Below are positions 14,001 through 24,176 of a DNA stretch of 64,000 bases, one piece after another. The notes beneath the pieces are model-generated. The model was given only the letters and a program-made list of their open reading frames with translations. It ran no database searches and was not told the DNA's origin. The translations under genes were made by a program, and so were the position numbers. The DNA comes from Paraspadella gotoi (lineage: Eukaryota > Animalia > Chaetognatha). Where the stretch lies: NCBI GenBank assembly GCA_051294375.1, contig CM119265.1, positions 6,457,489 to 6,521,488 of the forward strand, given 5' to 3'. Each line of letters opens with the position of its first letter. Position 1 is the stretch's first letter.

Positions 14001-14260
14001 TAGCCTGGAAAGGTAGGGGCGAAAATTAGGGAGAAAAAAAAGATGTATATAGGTAAAAGCTTCCGATTAAATCTAAACACGCACGAACCCGTTTGATTTT
14101 TGGCGTTTTGCACCCGCCACCAGTGTCTAGAGTCATCGAGTAAAACTAGTTTGTCGTTCTTCTTCATGTCGAGCTCCTGAGCGTCCTGAGCGGCGTAATC
14201 GAACTTGGCCACCACCATGACTGGTTCGCCTCCAGCCACCTTCGACAGGTCCGACTCCAT
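11047..14260 (-). CDS. NCK: Nck/Dreadlocks adaptor (SH3-SH3-SH3-SH2)
   Basis: SH3-1 [31 protein letters not shown]; SH3-2 exon ~13576-13385 ([10 protein letters not shown]); SH3-3 [40 protein letters not shown]; SH2 [43 protein letters not shown] lies in a GCCGCCATGG context; TAA at 11049-11047. Confidence 0.95.
12917..13002 (+). ncRNA. Twister ribozyme, type-P5 permutation, copy 1
   Basis: P5 UGUGUUGGC/GCAUCACA; GCGA-GA-ACG; P1 UCCUAGGG; U^AA at 12946/12947; P2 CCGC; GC (T2); P3 AGUGGC/GCCACU; P4 UUAGG/CCUAA around the twister L4 motif GUCGGAAGCC. One mismatch in T1 and a C-A pair at the L1 end of P2. Confidence 0.75.
13060..13160 (+). repeat. Three imperfect ~29-nt motifs (gggtatgctac..aaa.gcctatgtcc) in the internal region of the twister LTR element
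   Basis: gggtatgctacctcaaacgcctatgtcc / gggtacgctacggcaaactcctatgccc / gggtatgctacgacaaatgcctatgtcc. Confidence 0.85.
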
Positions 14261-14320
14261 GGCGGCCTTCAACTTCCCCTTTTTATAAAATTTAGTTTCT
14301 TCGAAAAGGGAAGATAAACG

Positions 14321-17300
14321 CTAAACCAAGTTTTCTCGTCGTCCGTTTCCTTTCGCCTGTTTTCTCAGGAGACCGCCGAGGTCGCTAAGTTCGTAGACGG
14401 CGACGACGGTGACGCGGACGAAGAGGGCGTGCGAAGAGACTAAATCCGTGAGCGAGACGATCTACATTACGATAGATTTATAACATCTAGTAAATGAATT
14501 ATGAATTGGAAGAAGTGAAAATTTCCAATCCGAAATGTTTCTGGAAAAATAATTAAAAAGACGTAGAACCCCCCCCCTGCAAAACAAAAACATTCAAACC
14601 AACTCGGGAGTCTCGGAGAGAGAATAAAAATTAAGAAATTCGCCAAAATTGATGCCCACCTGTTGAAAATCTCGCTCAGCGTTCGGTTTCCACTCGAGGA
14701 CTTCTTCCTCTCGGATGGAGATTGGCGAGCCGAGGCCGACGGTGGGACCGAGAGAGGCGAGAATCTCGATGGCTTTTCGCTTCGCGTTGTCGATGGCGAG
14801 AAGAGAGGTTTTGCTGCGCAGTTCCGCGATTCGTTGCGCCGGAAGTTCAACGACTTCAGGCGGGAAAATTCGAACGTTTATTGGGTCGAGTTTTTCGGTC
14901 AAAACGTTTGAAAGCGTCTCGCACTAAAACGGCGATAGGAGACATTACAATATTAATCTTAAATTTTTTTACAATCAGTTTCTGAATGTGGCAATTAAAG
15001 CAAATAAATTTACCTGTAAAAGATCGGAAAAAATCGCTGAGATTTGGGCAGTGAACGTGAAGGAGTTATCGCAATTTTCTTTTCGTTTCAAAACTTTAGA
15101 AACTTGAATCTTGCTTTCCGTTACTCCATGATGTTTTATCGCCTTTAAGAAAAAGGGTCATTCAAATCAACTTCAAAATAGGCCAAAATAAAAAGGCTGA
15201 GCTCCTGGCGATTCCGAAAATGTATTCACATTAAACATTTGATACATTCTACACCATTTTATATCGGTTTTAATTATAATATAAAATAAAAGAAACCTAT
15301 CTGAAGAGTTGCAGGTCACACGAAAAGGACGATCCATCTGATATTTTTTATGAATTTTTTATCAGTGAATTCGAAAAATGTAATAGAGACATTTTTAAAT
15401 TTTAACTTGTATCCTTGAAAATGAAACATTTTTAAACTTTAACCCTGAATTCTTCCTTAATGGAACGCGTTTATCAAAATGTCTCTCTATTACATTTTTA
15501 CAATTGTTTTTAAGATTGCTAATCAAATTTTTAAATCAATATTATATTAGTCGTTTAGGCTGCAACTCTTCAAATTCAGTGTAGATTCATTCATTCATTC
15601 ATTCATTCCATTTATTACTGTGTTTTGTCAAGTTAAATTGGTAGCATATGAAATTGGTACAACCAATATAAAAATTATCCATTCATTTAATAAATAAGCT
15701 ATCTTGCCCCTGACTTTGGACAGGCTTTGGTGGTTTCAGGCCTCCATCACTCTTACAAGATAATGACATAGCAGGTCCCTGCAAGCTTTCAATCAAGACT
15801 CTCTCACAGTCTCGTTTATTCACTCCCAGACTACCTGGCTTCCCTATCAATGAAGTGGTATAATATTTCAAAGAATGTTTCAATTGTATGAAAAGACCAC
15901 TCCCTTAAGTATTAGATCGGGGAATACTTATTGTACTCCGCACTAGCATCAAAATACAAGGAGCTGAATTTTATAAAATTGGTACAACCAATATAAAAAT
16001 TATCCATTCATTTAATAAAGATTAAAGATTTGTTTTTCAATTTTGTTATTTACCGATTTAAAAAAAATTCTTGAAAACAGAATGTTTATATATAAATAAA
16101 AACTTTTTTTTTGTGAGACAATATCATGGACAATCCCAAAAGACTCTAAACTTACCGATGCATGTTATTATAAAACATTGGCTATTTGATTCATGTCTAT
16201 TTATATTATTGTTTTCCCTTTCAGCCCTGTGAGCATCGTGTATTTATTATCATAGAAAGTACGTGTTCGAGTGTGTGTCCTAATCTAGTTGGCGTCCCCG
16301 TTCTCTTGTGCATTCCTATTCACAGATCCTATACTGTGGGCAACCTTGTGGTCGACCGTGCCGCCGTGTGGTTAACTGACATTGTGGTTCATACGTTAGA
16401 GGGTCTCGTGCTTCTCAAGCCCGGCCGGCGCCCGCCGGCATCGCCCACAACAATCACCCTCTAACAGTGGTGCATCGTCCTATCCATCTTCGTGTGGAGA
16501 ACACCCTTAGTGGTCGACAGTTCAAACACTTTTCTCTGGAGTGTCGCTTCATTAACCCATTGTCTATCGGGTTGACTCTGAGGCACTGTGGATTCGTGAC
16601 CACAACCTGTCCGTCAGCAGTCACGCTGTCATGATAGCCGTTGGTTCAGCCTGACTGTGAAGCTACATTGTTCCTTTCACAAAAATATTTTATCCGTGAT
16701 CTTCAACCCAGCATATCCACGAAGCAAAGGCTTGGTCGCTGCTTGGAACTTGGTCGGCCTTGTAAGGCGACAAACCTTACCAAGATCCGTTCGCCTTGTC
16801 GCGCGGCTTATCCCGGATTCTTGGCTACAAGCTCAACAGAAGATCCAGCTTTAAGAAGTCGGAGGGGCCGGGTCTAGCTAGCCCCCCCCCTCGTGTGGCA
16901 CGACTCAATCGTTCTATTTGCAAGTCCGCCTCTACAATTAGCACGGTGCTCACCCCAGCATCGCCCACAACAATCACCCTCTAACATGTATTTCTCTAAG
17001 TATTAGCTCTAATACATCAATGATTACAGAAGGCTTCATATTATAAAATGTGGTACTGTGGCGGTATATTCACACAGCCATCACCGTCCACCATCGTTTC
17101 AGCCCAAATCCATTGGCTCACAAGGGGGAACACACACCATCCCAGGCGTGAGTTTCATTAGGGCTGTGCCAAAAATTCTCAAACATCAAGTAAGCTCAAC
17201 TTTACATCCGGTTACAATATGTGGGGGTATAAAAAAAGATGTTTGCCAAAATCTCGTCGATTATGGCTTCAAACACCCTTAGCACTACCCTGCTTTAAAG

Positions 17301-20300
17301 GATTTTTGGCCAGCACTTTGAACTAAAAAATTAATTGTTGAAAAGTATGACTTAGTTTATCCGGTCCACTCAACTTTATTAGCTGAGGAAAATATCAAGA
17401 TTATTTCAACATCAATTTCGAGTGCTCTTTTCCATCCACAGCCCTTCAAGACTGGTCCACAGCACGGCTGAGGATGTGGAGTTTGATAACATCATTGCTT
17501 ATAAGATTTCCTAACCATTTAGGGTAGAATCTCTTACTTTGGCATAGTTTTACAACTAATATATGTTCACCTGTAAATAAATTGAAAACATTTGATTTTT
17601 TATTTAGTGGCTGTGGTTACAATCCTGGAGGATACTTCCTGTTCCTTTTTTTATTTTTAATAAAATTACTATTTTAAAATTACATCTTTTTGGATAATTT
17701 ATTGTTACAGGCTTGATGTAATAATGATTCAAAAAATTGGTTCACTAACATCCAGAAAAAATTGCATGAATTAACATAGGTTTCAAGAGAGCCTCTCTTG
17801 AAGGATCTGGGAGCACACTCACATCACCCCTTTTAACTTAGTTAAAGATTACTTCTTTTTTTTAAATATAAAATGCATGTTTTGGTTAAAATTTTTATGA
17901 ACCAAAAATTACTGCTTAAAGTTTTTAATACACATACCAATTAAAAACTAGAGTAGATTTGAATACTGCAACTATGGCCAAAATGGATTTATGGTTGTAA
18001 TTTGCCTTCACTAGAGAATCGTTGGAGAACAATAACAAAAGGGGGATAAATGTACAATATCATATTGAAAGAAATTCCTATTAAATTAACCGGAAGGATC
18101 TTATAACTACGACAATGACGAAAACGACGAACAACAATTGATACCAGAGGATTCCTGTAAATTATCGGGTGAAAAGAATCTTTGTGGCACTAAGGTCATG
18201 TAAATGACTGAGGTCATTCGAGTCACCCAAGTAAAACTAATTATTAAACACATAAATTTATGTCAAAGAATAATATTTAATAATAAGACTTTTTGATCAC
18301 CAATATATATTATATAATTTTATAGTAATATTAAATGATTAATTAATCGATAGTGAATCAAATAAATATTCACCAAGGAAAACTGGCAACAGCAACTACA
18401 GAGACAATAATCATTAACATACTAACAAGTTTGAGCAAACAATGTCGGATCTTGCCCACGAAATCATTTCGGTAATTAATTATAAAATAATTAAATAATT
18501 CAAGTTAATTAATTAATATATTAGGGCAATAATTTTTTAGGTCTTTTCGTCACTAAACCCGAACAACAAGCCAAATGACGAACGATGGAAAAAATGCTGA
18601 TAACGATTGACTTGATCAGATTGACTGATTAATTAATTATTGGATTGTTTATTTGACTAATTGATTATTAAACTAATTCATTAATTTGATTAAATTATAT
18701 AACCTTGCATTTTACAATTTAATAGCATAAGAAAAGAACAATAACTCAAATTAGTGAAACAGGTTTCTGTGTTTTCAGGATATCGTCCTATCCACTCATT
18801 GAGCAATTGGTGTTCAAATGGTGAAATATATTTTTTTGTTTTTTCCATTTAATCATTTCCACTCAGACGATTCCATCGAAACTTCATATCCAGCTCAATC
18901 ACAACATCCCTACCCAGTACCCACACACAAAATTTCATTCAATCCATCCATCCAATCACGAATAAATTGGTGTTTTTTGCTAAATGGGACGTACGGACGG
19001 ACGGACAGACAGACGGACAGGATGGACGGGATGGACATATTTTTTTGAATAATTTATCATAATTCGATGTTCTGACATGATATAAGTGAATGCCGACAAG
19101 TTGAGGGGGCGACTAAAATGCTAAATATTACTTGGATATTGTCAAAGTAAATAAGAATAAGGCAAAAAATTAGAAAAAGAGACAAACAATAGCCAAATAA
19201 TAAAAAAAACTATAACAATATAACAATTTGTATTTAATTATTCGTATTTAAAGTTGTTAAGTTGTCAAGGGAATGGTAATTGTGAATGCTTTCTTTCGTT
19301 GCACATTGTGAATTAGTTTGAGAGAAGAAATTTTTGTATTGTCGTTGACAAATAATGTACACTGTTTCAGACTTATTTGTAAGTCTCTTCAGCGCGAATT
19401 AAATGATTTCACAGCTTTGTATTTAATGTGAAAAAGATGAGTGAGAGAGAGAGCAGGAGAGAAGAGGCTTTCCAACAAAGGAATTTGAAAAAAGGACAGT
19501 GCTTGTTTTGAGGGAACGGATTAAATTTTGATTGACATAGAGTGAGGGAGAGTTGAAAGAGAAATGAAATTCAAATCAGATTTGAGTTAAAGTGAATAAA
19601 TACATTTGCACATTTAATGGAAATGGTACAATCGAGCTTGACACTATTCATCCTATTGATTCTAGCTTTTTAAAGACAAAATAGCAAGGGTTGAAAGGAA
19701 TAAAAAATTATGAGAGGAACATTATCGATAAAAATATCTAGAACACGTTGTCGAATTTAATTCCTACCAATTTCGGACGTTGTAGAAAATAATTTTATTT
19801 TTTTAACTATTTTTTTTTTTTTAACAGAAAGGAAAATTAATAATCCATCTCTCAATCAATTTTTCTGCATATTTCATTAAATCCATTTATAATATTTAAT
19901 AAAATGGCATCTTCTGTATTTTTTTCTTGATTTGTTGATTTTTATTTTAAATGTTAAAATTCAAGCTGCATTAACTTAATTATTAATAAATAAGTAATTA
20001 ATTAATTATTAATTATTCGTAATTAATTAATTATTTATATTAATTTTTATTTAATTAAATTTATTTAATCGACTATTGTTGTTTACGCCGGTCATGACAA
20101 GACACGACCGTTTGGCCGTGGGACACGACGAGTTAATATCTGGCTGCTGCTCGCCCGGTTTTACGAATGTGAAGGAAGATATCTGGTTATTTTTAACGTT
20201 TGAAACGTTGCGAGAGACGAGAATTAGTGCCTCTCGAAAACTCGGACGTTAAATCGCTTTTAACTCACAGCGTTTGGTAGTTTTAATTTAAAGTCCATTT

Positions 20301-23300
20301 AATCTCAGTTTTAAATTCATTTTTTAATCTCACGTTTTTAACCTTTTATTCTCGGAAATTAAACCTCATTAATTTCATCCCAGCCGTTTTTATAATAACT
20401 AAACTTTTATCTCCGTTCTTTGTGCCAAATTTGTTGATAAATACAACTTACGCAACCAGTTCCCAAATTCTTAGCGTTCCTTTGATTGAAAGGGCGAGAC
20501 AAAAGTGGAAAAAACGATTTTGACACGAAAATAAAAACAAAATTTAATACTTAATTATTAATTACTTAATTATCTTGATCAGCTGTTACCGCTAATTGAT
20601 CGTGGCATATTCGGGCATTGCTTTGCTCGCAAACTTGTACTTTTCTTTCTTTCTTTTTTCTTTCTTCTTTCTGTCAGTCGTTCTCGCCTTTAATAAAAGC
20701 TTATTATCATTCTTTCTTACAATTTACTTGCACTGTTAATCGTTAGAACCAGTTAATTTAATAAAATTTCTCTCAAATACATTCGTTCATTGTCCGCCCT
20801 TTTGTTATTATTCTCCACTATTCACTCTAGTGAAGCAAATACGTTACTCATAAATCCATTTTGCATAATGAGTAATTCGAAATCTTCCCTAGTTCTTTAA
20901 TGGTAAGTGTATTAAAACTATGAAAGGCAATAATTTGGCAATAAAATTTTCACCAAACATGTATTTTATATATTAAAAAAAAAGGTTCTTTACTCAGTTT
21001 AAAAAGGGGGCTGTTGGAGGGTGCTGCCAAGAAATTCCTTCAAGAGTGACTCTCTTGAACCTTAGGCTTTAATTCAATGCAATTTTTTTGGATGTGACCA
21101 ATTTTTGTATGCATCTTATCATCAGCCCTGTAATGTAAAGTTATCCAAAATGAGTAATTTTATAAATTAGAGTAATTTTATATAAAATTTAAAAAAAATG
21201 ATACAGGAAGTACTCATCCAGGATGTAACCACACCCTTCATTAAATAAAATTCAAAAGTTCGTTGATTTAGATATAGGGGAACATAATTAGTTGTAAAAA
21301 ACTTATGCAAAAGTAAGAGATTTCTACCCCTAAATGGTTAGGAATTTATAAGAATTGATGTTATCAACTCACACATCCTCAGCGTGCTGTGGAGCCAGTT
21401 GTAGAAGGCTGTGGATGAACAAGAAGCACTTCAAAATTGACTGTGAAATAAATCTTTGGATGATTTCTACTAATAAAGTTGAAGTGGAACGGATAAACAT
21501 GTCATACTTTTCAAGCAATAGATTTTTTAGTCAAAGAGGTGCTGCCAAAATCCTTTACAGCAAGGGTAGTGCTAAGGGTGTTGAAGCAAATTCGACGAGA
21601 ATTTGGGCAAAACATCCCTTTTTTATACCCTACTATTGTGCCGGATGTAAATGAGCCACTATGATTTTCTGAAATTTTTGGCACACACCTAGTGTTCCAT
21701 CCCAGTCCTAATGACTTCCCTCTGCATTGGCAAAGCGAGACCGTCCTAGGGTAACCGCGCCAGTGACTGGAGGCGTCACTGAGGGTCGGAAGCCCCCAAA
21801 GCCAACAGTGAGATGCCCCATCCCAATGGGCATCACGGGCAACCCGGCTGTTGCCATAGTACCCCTTTTTTGTGACCAGAATCTGTTCCTACCAAACTAC
21901 CTGATCGAATTTCATGAAATTTTACATTTAGAGTCTTAATGACGATATAAATGGAACTATCGAGGCGAATTTGAATATTCAACCGCTGACAAGAGATACA
22001 GGGCCCTGGGGGTGGGGCCCTGGGGGTGGACCCCTGGGGGGCCAAAAAAACCTAAAATTTTTTTTTCATTTTTTGAAATTTTTTTAGTGGCATCAGGTGC
22101 ATTTACGTTTTAAACATATAAAAAAAACATTTTAAAACTAAAATTGAAAAATTTTCAATAATTAAGAATAGTTTGAAGATGCATGGTTCATCATTTTTAC
22201 TTCCAATTTCCCTAAATTATTCCAAAACTGACTTGAACAGCTGATGTTCATGAAGCTAAAAATTAAGGTAAACTAATATTCTGTGGTAATTAATACGTTT
22301 TTGTGGAAAAGTAAACGTCTATACAACTGTTCAATACAAAAATAATGAAAACATTTTTTTGACCATTTATTGTCAACCATATATTGTCAGCCACGTGGAA
22401 ACAATTGCTAAAGTCATGGGGTATCCAACACAACCTAACAACATCTTACCATCCACAGTCTAACGGTTTAGTCCAGCGTTTTCACCGACGATTAAAAGAA
22501 TCGCTCATCACTCTCGGTAACGACGCTCGCGACAACTGGTGAGCCTCTCCGCGAACTTATCCAACCTTCTTATTAAATACTTACTTAATAAGTAATTAAA
22601 CAAATCAATCTCGGTCTGATACCTATCCTTGATACTTATCCCGATTTTATCTTCACTGAAACTGAAACCTTGGTAGCCTCTAACTCTAAAACAACATTGT
22701 GAAGCCAACAAACAATAATTTTACTAAATCGGATGTCAATGCCAAGAGGTGAAGCGTCAAGTGGACCAGATTCTCCCTTCAGGTTGGGCAAAAGATGAAT
22801 AATTAAGTTTTGTAAAAGCTTGCCCTCTGTTGATCGTTTCCTTCTCTCTCTCACATTCCCCAACCTCCCCTCACCCCCGTCCCGGCGATGAGTGAACCAC
22901 ATCGCGAACTCGTCAAGGAGCCCGTCTTCGCCGGCTCGCGGACGATTCCTTCTCTCCAGGCCACTCCCACCTCAATCTGCCAGGCGGTTTTGGACGCGGC
23001 TGCGCTCTCGCTCCACATCTCCAAACGTTGGAGGCAATGAAAATCAATTCGCCTTCCACCTGCCTCCTGATACGGCTCCTCACGAGATGGCTGCAGCCCG
23101 GATCCCCAGGAGGCATTGGCCCGCACCATCGCCGACACTCTCGCGGCGTCGTTCAAAAACATCAACCTCAAAAACACAAAGCTTCCCGATTTTGACGCCG
23201 ACAATGTCGATCTTTGGATCAAAAGGGTAGCGCCGCCTATACCCGCGCCAAATATCAGCTCCCAAAGGAAAATTTGCTCATCTGGAAGATAAGTTTAGCG

Positions 23301-24176
23301 TGGACTTCAATCACGCATCAATGCTTTCCTCTTTGGCGCGCCAACTCCAGACAGATGGGAGGACTTTATCAAATACCTCCGAGCAGAATATGGCCGCACA
23401 AAATCGCAACAAGCTGCTTCACTTATCGATGGAACACGACGAGAAGGCCGTCGACCATCCCAACTCCTCGCCATAATGAAGGAGAAGGCGGGTGAAGTTA
23501 CAATCGACGACATCCTGAAAGAATGGTTGTTAAGGGAACTGCCCGTCGACGTCCAGGCGCAACCTTGCCGAGCGTGTGGAAACACTTGATGCCGAAACAG
23601 CAGCAAAATTCGCCGACTCATACTCAGGGGTCAAATATTGAAATTCACCTCGATAGTTCTATTTATATTCACATAGGGATCGTTCATACTAAATTTCAAT
23701 AAATTTGGTCCAGTAGTTTCCTCGGAACGTGTTCTGGTCACAAAAAAGGGGTACCACATTTTATAATATGAAGCCTTCTGTACGCATTGTTATGCTGAAT
23801 GACCCTTCCTCTTAAAATAAATGGATTTTGGATACTAATAAAAGGATTGAACTTGAAGGCGAATAAAATATCATACCTGTAGGACATAATCGAGTCTTCG
23901 CAAGACGCTCGCCTTGACTTCCTCCACGTTCTCTTTGCAGCTGGAGACGAGAACGACGAGTTTCACTTCTTCGGGTCGCAGACTTTGCTCGCCAACTGCG
24001 CGCACCTGAAGTTCGCGAACTCGGGCGACGGGCAAGGCGGAATCCGACTTTTCCGCACGTTCCTTGTCGGGAGTCGTGCTTTGCACGTCCAAGGAGTCCG
24101 CGAGGTGCGGGCTGCGAAGAGCCGGCAAAATAGATGCCACTACGCGGGAGGGACGTTGATGCGAGAAATTGGACAT
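14321..24176 (-). CDS. IRAK1BP1: IRAK1-binding protein 1 (SIMPL domain), ~277 aa, 4 exons: 24176-23877, 15142-15014, 14923-14660, 14461-14321
   Basis: All junctions are GT-AG, phase 0. Motifs PSRVVASILP, RELQVRAVGE..VSSCKENVEEVKASVLRRLDYVLQ, LTEKLD, LLAIDNAKRKAIE..GSPISIREEEVLEW match the SIMPL family as recalled. Intron 1 is 8.7 kb and filled with transposons. Confidence 0.9.
15146..15572. mobile_element. MITE/foldback-like repeat with nested inverted repeats; related copy near 61900-62283
   Basis: gaagagttgcag (15303) is inverted to ctgcaactcttc (~15560); aaaatgtaatagagacat is inverted to atgtctc(tc)tattacatttt. aagaaaaagggtcattcaaa..aaaataggccaaaa recurs reverse-complemented at ~62240-62282. 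Confidence 0.6.
15587..16020 (-). repeat. Dispersed retroelement-like 3' end with (AATG)n tail; related fragments at ~37955-38025, 43333-43430 and ~53270-53320
   Basis: aaattggtacaaccaatataaaaattatccattcatttaataaa occurs at ~15651 and ~15976, and nearly identically at ~43335. A (CATT)n microsatellite lies at 15587-15610. Confidence 0.6.
16163..16986 (+). mobile_element. Degenerate non-coding LTR element (TRIM-like) with a tRNA-Gly-type PBS
   Basis: Direct repeat gcatcgcccacaacaatcaccctctaACA ends at 16466 and at 16986. The first copy is followed by G-TGGTGCATCG, complementary to the tRNA-Gly 3' end CGAUGCACCA. The 5' boundary is uncertain. Confidence 0.5.
17159..21691. mobile_element. Non-autonomous DNA transposon with ~930 bp terminal inverted repeats (MULE/hAT/foldback-like)
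   Basis: 17159-~18095 is the indel-rich reverse complement of ~20750-21691. Ends are TAGGGCTGTGCCAAAA and TAGGTGTGTGCCAAAA. Degenerate 9-bp TSD gagtttcat/gtgttccat. No transposase ORF. Confidence 0.75.
18424..19116 (+). mobile_element. Helentron-associated (HINE/DINE-1/pearl-like) non-autonomous element, copy 1
   Basis: Starts aacaagtttgagcaaacaatgtcggatc, shared with 49270 and 58099. Subterminal inverted tgtcgg/ccgaca; (GGAC/AGAC)n microsatellite at ~18988-19036. Confidence 0.65.
21723..21808 (+). ncRNA. Twister ribozyme, type-P5 permutation, copy 2
   Basis: P5 UUGGC/GCCAA (extendable by CUG/CAG); GCGA-GA-CCG with perfect T1 pairing to CGG of L4 GUCGGAAGCC; P1 UCCUAGGG; U^AA at 21752/21753; P2 CCGC; T2 GC/GC; P3 CAGUGAC/GUCACUG, compensatory relative to copy 1. 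Confidence 0.8.
21863..23782. repeat. Inverted pair of an interspersed repeat (17026-17056 plus 21863-~21995 versus 23620-23782) bracketing a gag fragment
   Basis: cccttttttgtgaccagaa..aaactac..gaaattt..aactatcgagg.gaattt.aatatt is present in both orientations. Confidence 0.7.
23087..23620 (+). pseudogene. Frameshifted Ty3/Gypsy gag fragment
   Basis: Joined frames give KLPDFDADNVDLWIKRV and EGRRPSQLLAIMKEKAGEVTIDDILKEWLLRELPVDVQ, resembling the KLPxFxxxxxxxW / RxPSQLL gag motifs. A possible PBS (TGGTGAGCC) lies at ~22537. Confidence 0.65.

Larger units (their letters stand above)
17057..21858 (+). mobile_element. Solo LTR of the twister element (17057-17158 plus 21692-21858), split by a later 4.5 kb insertion; 4-bp TSD GTAC
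   Basis: GTAC at 17053-17056 and 21859-21862. Termini are TGTGGC..GCCATA. Both halves align collinearly to 12797-13023. The uninterrupted target tacagaaggcttcatattataaaatgtg-GTAC-cccttttttgtgacc is present, reverse-complemented, at ~23735-23782. Confidence 0.8.

Noticed and set aside
15715-15760. Minus-strand hammerhead-like GUGAUGG-AGGCCU-GAAAC..GUC
   Set aside because: Two mismatches in the invariant CUGANGA core and no convincing stem I; other copies of the repeat are further from the consensus.
17159-21691. Inverted repeat as a pure amplification or foldback-read artefact
   Set aside because: It has defined transposon-like ends and a degenerate TSD, and it cleanly splits an element whose halves are collinear with the intact copy at 12797.
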